From Squalus acanthias (lineage: Eukaryota): a DNA stretch of 64,000 nucleotides. The notes beneath the pieces are model-generated. The model searched no databases and was not told the DNA's origin. It saw only the letters and a program-made list of their open reading frames with translations. Below are positions 58,571-64,000 of the stretch, in pieces. Each line of letters opens with the position of its first letter. Position 1 is the stretch's first letter. The translations under genes and the position numbers were made by a program. The stretch spans positions 167,712,001-167,776,000 of the forward strand of contig CM059425.1 of the NCBI GenBank assembly GCA_030390025.1. Reading direction: 5' to 3'.

Positions 58571-60966
58571 TCATAAAATCATAGAATGGTTACAGCACAG
58601 AAGGAAGCTATTCGGCCCATCGAGCCCGTGCCAGCTCTCTGCAAGAGCACTTCAGCTAGTCCCACTCCCTGCCGTTTCCCCGTAGCCCTGCAAATTCTTT
58701 TCCTTCAGGTACTTATCCAATTCCCTTTTGAAAGCCATTATTGAATCTGCCTCCACCACCCTCTCAAGCGGTGCATTCCAGATCATAACCACTCACTGCA
58801 TTAAAAAAGTTATTCCTCATGTCGCCTTTGGTTCTTCTGCCAATCACCTTAAATCTGTGTCCTCTGGTTCTCGACCCTTCCACTAATGGGAACAGTTTCT
58901 TTCTATCTACTCTGTCTAGACCCCTCTCATGATTTTGAATACCTCTATCAAATTTCCTCTCAACTTTCTCTGCTCTAAGGAGAACAACCCCAGCTTCTCC
59001 AGTCTATCCACATAACTGAAGTCCTTCATCCCTGGATCCATTCTTGTAAATCTTTTCTGCACCCTCTCTAAGGCCTTCACATCCTTCCTAAAGTGCGGTG
59101 CTCAGAATTAGACATAATACTCCAGTTGAGGTCGGACCAATGTTTTATACAGGTTCATCATAAATTCCTTGCTTTTATACTCTATGCCTCTATTTATGAA
59201 GCCCAGAATCCCGTATACTTTTTTAACCGCTTTCTCAACCTGCCTGCCACCTTCAACGAATTGTCCACATATACCCCCAGGTCTTTCTGTTCCTGCACCC
59301 CGTTAAGAATTTTACCCTTTAGCTTATATTGCCTCTCCTCGTTCTTCCTACCAAAATGTATCACTTCGCACTTTTCTGCGTTAAATTTCATCTGCCACAT
59401 GTCAGCCCATTCCACCAGCCTGTCTATGTCCTCTTGAAGTCTATTTTTGAACAAGGATGTAACATTTGCAATTCTCCAGTCCTCTGGCACCACCCTGTAA
59501 ATAAGAAGGATTGGAAGATTATGGCCAATACCTCTGCAATTTCCACCTTTACTTCCCTCAGCATCCCAGGATGCATCCTATCCAGTTCTGGTGACTTATC
59601 TACTTTAAGTACAGCCAGCTGTTCTAGTACCTCCTCTTTATCAATTTTTATCCTATACAGTATCTCAATTAATTCCTCTTTCACTATGACTTTGGCAGCA
59701 TCTTCTTCCTTGGTAAAGACAGATGCAAAGTACTCATTTAGTATCTCAGCCATGCATTCTGCCTCCATGCATCGGCCTCCTTTTTGGTCCCACTACTCCT
59801 CTTACTACCCGTTTACTATTTATATGCCTACAGAAGACTTTTGGATTCCCTTTTATGTTAGTTGCAAATCTGTTCTCATACTCTCTCTTTGCCCCTCTTA
59901 TTTATTTTTCACTTCCCCTCTGAACTTTCTATATTCAGCCTGGTTCTCACATGTATTCTCAACCGGACATCTGTCATACGCTCCCCTTTTTTGCTTCAAC
60001 TTACTCTCTATCTCTTCCGTCATCCAGGGAGTTCTAACTTTAGTTGCCCCTCGTGGAAATGTACCTCGACTGTACCCGAACCATCTCCTCTTTAAAGGCA
60101 GCCCATTGTTTGGTTATAGTTTTGCCTGCCAATCTTTGATTCCAATTTACCTGGGCCAGATCCATTCTCAACCCACTGAAATTTGCCATCCTCCAATTTA
60201 GTATTTTTACTCTAGATTGCTCCCTGTCCTTTTCCATAGCTAATCTAAACCTTATGATCACTGTTCCTTAAATGTTCCCCTACTGACACTTGCCCCACCT
60301 CATTCCCCAGAACCAGATCCATTAAGGCCTCCTTCCTTGTTGGGCCAGAAACATACTGATCAAAAAAGTTCTCCTGAGCACACTTCAGAAATTCTTCCCC
60401 CTCTCTGCCCTTTACACTATTACTATCCCAGTCTATATTAGGAAGTCCCCTATTATCACTACTCTATAGTTCTTGCATCATTCTGTAATTTCCCTGAAAA
60501 TTTGCTCCTCTACATTCTTCCCACTAGTTGGTGGCCTGTAGAGTACACCTAGTAGTGTAATGGCACCTCTATTGTTTCTTAACTCTAACCAAATAGATTC
60601 TGTCCTTGACCCCTCCAGGCCATCCTCTCTCTCCAGCACTGTAATAATCTCCTTAACCAATACTGCCACCCCACCTCCTTTTTTTCCTTCCCTATCTTTC
60701 CTGAACACCTTATATCCAGGAATATTTAGTACCCAATCCTGCCCTTTTTTGAGCCAGGTCTCCGTCATTGCCACAACATCATATTCCCATGTGGCTATTT
60801 GCACCTGCAGCTCACCAACCTTATTTACCACACTTTGTGCATTTACACACATGCACTGTAAACCTATCTTAGTCCTTCTTGTATTCTCTTTTAATCTGAC
60901 CCCACCTAATACCGTACTATTTCTTACTCTAGTGCTATCTGTCTCTCCCAATCCTTTGTGCACCTT
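58571..60966 (-). mobile_element. Decayed CR1 LINE lacking the RT core, interrupted at 60967 by a Harbinger
   Basis: Endonuclease motifs (VNAQSV, AMTETWL, LYRPP) at 60478-60900; NVTSLFK fused directly to NRLQEDID near 59440. Confidence 0.9.
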
Positions 60967-61236
60967 GGGGGCGATTTTCCCATTGGAGGAGTGTTTCGGT
61001 TTGGGTGGGTTCCAAACCCGTCTCCACTGTCAGGTGGGAAAAAGTTGCGATTTTCCCCTAATTGGCCAGTTGATTTCAGAGGTGTGGGTTCCCCTGGGCC
61101 AATTAGTCTTTTGGGACTGAAACTCACCTCTGCTGACGTCACTTATCCAGCTTCATTTAAGGGCTGCTTGCTGCAGCTCATTCCACTGGTTTTTGGTTGA
61201 TGCTGCACCACCTCCAAACTTTTATCTCATTGAAGA

Positions 61237-63270
61237 ACGGCCAGCTCCAAGGCAAGGGCCTCCCCGAGGTTCTCAGATGAGGCGCTGGGTATCCTGGTTG
61301 AGGGGGCGAGAGCTAGCAGGGAGGTGCTCTTCTCCTCATCTGGGAGGAAGAGGCCTCCCAAAGAAACCAAGGCTGTGTGGGTTTCAGCTGGCAAGGGATA
61401 TAACCTCCAGATCAGTGTGCAGCAGGACATGGATGCAGTGCCGTAAAAGGTTCAATGACCTTGTAAGATCAGGCAATGTGAGTATACCTTCAGCTTGACC
61501 CTCCTTCTGCTCCCCTTCTCCTCTCATCACCAGCACTCTGCATTGTCAACCTCCTCCTCCACATCCCACTTTACCCTTACAACGCTTGCACCCTTCACCA
61601 TCCCTCTCACTCTATGAACCCAATCACTTCACTATTCGACTATGCTGCCCTCACACTCCCTTTCAATGTTATGCAATGACAACGACTAACAACGCACAGG
61701 GAGGGCCCTTGGACATGGAACCTCACTCCATCTTTGTCTCCTTCTAAGTATCTATGCTCTGGACTCTCTACACTCACTTCATCATTCTCACTCCAACTCC
61801 ACTTGTCTCTCTCACTGCAGGACGAGAGAGAGCCCACAATAGAAGGGAAAGGGCAAAGACAGGAGGAGGGCCACCTTCCATAGCCATTCTCACCCAGGCT
61901 GAAGAGGCGGCCCTGGACATCGCCGGCGCAGAGGTGGAGGTGGAAGTGGCGGACGGACAGACGGGTGATGCAGGCCAAGCTGGTGACAGAATAGTTCTGC
62001 ATCTCTCTCATTTACACTGCTTGAGTGACTGAAATGGCTGCTGGTGTACACTATTAGAATGCCACTTGAGCATCTGCACTATTGCATCTGCATGCCACAC
62101 TTCCGTGAAATGTCTAACCCATGCCTTTACTCCCCGACAGGACCATCTACAGAGCCCCCCCCCCCACTGTCGACGAGGAAGAGGCTGAGCCGCAAGACTC
62201 CTCAGAGGAACCTGCAACCTCGAGGACGCAGCGTCAGCAGATGTAAGCGCACCCAGCACCAGCGCAGATACGCACACCTCGGTGGGACCTTCGGGACATG
62301 GAGTAGTTTTGTCACCGTGTATATCACATCTCACAGGTGAGCATCAGCAGGTGGTGGAGACAGGGACAGCAGTGGCAAGTCCTCGTCGGAGGGCGCAGGA
62401 CTCTCCTAGCTTTGCTCCGCTGCATGTGGACCCTGTGCCTCTGGGTCATCCAGAAGGAGAGCGGTGCTGGAACTCCAGGAGCAGGTGCAGGAGTCTCTGA
62501 CAGGTTTTGTCTCCAGGGTCACTGCGAGTGTGGAGAGGATGGAGGAGTCCAACTCTAACATAAGCAGTGCCTTTGTGGAGGCAATGGCGCATGAACGCAC
62601 CACCACGGAAAGGATGGCAACCACCGTGGAAAGGATGGCTACCTCCGTGGTTACGATGGCTACCTCTCTGGAAAGGGTGTCTACCTCTCTGGAAAGGGTG
62701 TCTATGGTAGAGGAGAGGATGGCTATGGCCATGGAGGACCTAAGTCGCCAGAGTCTGGAAAACATGGTGTATGTTCAGAATAGACTGACATCTCTGGAGG
62801 AGCGATGGGCAGCTATTGAGCAGAGAAACCAGAGCTTCATGGAAGTCCTTTTGAGTAGGACTCCAGTGCAGATACGGGTCCCCATGGCCCCCTTCATGTG
62901 CAGCAAGGTGCTCTCAAGCTACTTGCAAGCGCTGAGGTGGACCTGACCCATGAGAGGGAAGTTGGTGGCAGAGAACAAGGAAGTGGGGGCTCCTCTCCAA
63001 GCGCTCACACTTCCATGCCACTGTGTAGCCCTCGGTCAGAGCCCCACCAGAGTCCGCACCCAACTGAGATGGGCGTCTCAGCCCCTGCACTGCCGCAGGA
63101 TGAGCAGACGTTTGATGAGCCCTCACAGGCTCGGAAACCCAGAGGCAGCCTGCCAAAGTTATCGAAGCAGGAGCAGCATGAAAGTGAGCAAGGGGCCTCC
63201 ACTTCTGCTGAAGCCACAGGGGGGAACACCACGTAGGAGCACGCGTAAGAGAAAAATAAAGCACCATTAG
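61237..63270 (+). pseudogene. Harbinger Myb/SANT-like gene (exon 1 61237-61477, exon 2 from ~61821, exon 3 from ~62141)
   Basis: Start ATG appears as ACG; ARASPRFSDEALGILV..RTWMQCRKRFNDLVRSGN then GTGAGT; ERAHNRRERAKTGGGPP; ends RRSTRKRKIKHH*; frameshifts. Confidence 0.85.
62601..62723 (+). repeat. 21-bp coding tandem repeat (heptads) in Myb exon 3
   Basis: TTERMA TTVERMA TSVVTMA TSLERVS TSLERVS MVEERMA. Confidence 0.8.
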
Positions 63271-63466
63271 TCACAGGGGTAGGCACTTGGGTGACTGTTT
63301 CTGTTTCTTGTTGAAATGCCATCCCTGTATGAATGTATTAAAATGAGGTGATGGCAAACTGTTGGCGTGATGGCATCTGTTATTTTGGCTTAGCCAGCTC
63401 CATATTGCAGGCTCCGCGACACTTGCGTGGTCAGGTTGGTGGTCAGAGTGAAAGGAGGCCAGAGAG

Positions 63467-64000
63467 TCATGTCCATTGTCTATCATGTGTTAAGAAGGAG
63501 CCAAGCACATGTGCCACAATGGGCAACCTATGCAAATCTGGCCAGGATGAGTGCATCCCTTGCATCACGGGCAGCCATGTGCTCACGTGCTGCCGCTGCT
63601 GCTGGTAGATACGCCGCCGCTCAGGTCCTCCTCTCCTCCTCCTCCTCCTCCTCCTCATCTGAGGAGGCTATATACTGAGCCACTTGCTCATCAGGAAGCT
63701 GCAAGCCACGGTGCTGTGCCATGTTGTGCAGTGCATAGCAGACCATGACCATTCTGGAGACCCTGGCTGCTGAATACTGCAGGGCTCCTCCTGATCTGTC
63801 GAGGCATCGGAATTGCATCTTCAACAAGCCAATGGTTTGCTCGATGATGGACCTGGTCAAAATGTGGCTGGTGTTGTAGTGCTCCTCAGCCTCGTTAGCT
63901 GGCCTCCTGATTGGCGTCATTAGCCATTTCTTCAGGGGGTAGCCCTTGTCACCAAGGAGCCACCCATTAAATTGGTTTGGCAGATTGAAGAGCGGAGGAA
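63467..64000 (-). pseudogene. Harbinger transposase C-terminal part (rest outside window)
   Basis: [46 protein letters not shown], then an acidic tail; closely similar to 3203-3730. Confidence 0.88.

Larger units (their letters stand above)
54698..58571. mobile_element. Decayed Harbinger element; Myb exon 1 end displaced by a CR1 insertion
   Basis: TIR-like GGCCATGAAATTCGG; transposase on plus, Myb exons 2-3 on minus. Confidence 0.85.
60967..64000. mobile_element. PIF/Harbinger element (family B), fuller-length copy running off the window end
   Basis: Same TIR GGGGGCGATTTTC and subterminal sequence as 2478; Myb gene on plus, transposase 3' end on minus. Confidence 0.92.

Noticed and set aside
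1..64000. CRISPR arrays, rRNA, tRNA or prokaryotic operons
   Set aside because: None seen; the sequence is eukaryotic repeat-rich DNA.

Overview
Repeat-dominated vertebrate genomic DNA. The repeat repertoire (CR1 LINEs, a Deu-domain SINE, Penelope elements and abundant Harbingers) points to a cartilaginous fish; this is inference, not a database match. No host protein-coding gene could be recognised with confidence. The window is a dense, multiply nested transposon array. It holds roughly a dozen CR1-type LINE copies, one with an uninterrupted ~1000-aa endonuclease/reverse-transcriptase ORF2 (13431-16478). It also holds many PIF/Harbinger DNA transposons, whose larger copies carry a HARBI1-like DDE transposase and a convergent three-exon Myb/SANT-like gene (all decayed), plus their non-autonomous derivatives. 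Other residents are Penelope-derived inverted repeats carrying minimal hammerhead ribozyme motifs, a solo LTR inside a hAT-like MITE inside a transposase gene, L2 fragments, and a second LINE family with a matching SINE. The most notable observations are: two different Harbinger families inserted at the same position of the same CR1 3' tail; a perfect 85-bp hairpin carrying a hammerhead core; non-canonical Harbinger target duplications; and a 36-bp duplication around a CR1. Coordinates were read by eye. Element ends lacking a TIR or TSD are approximate.
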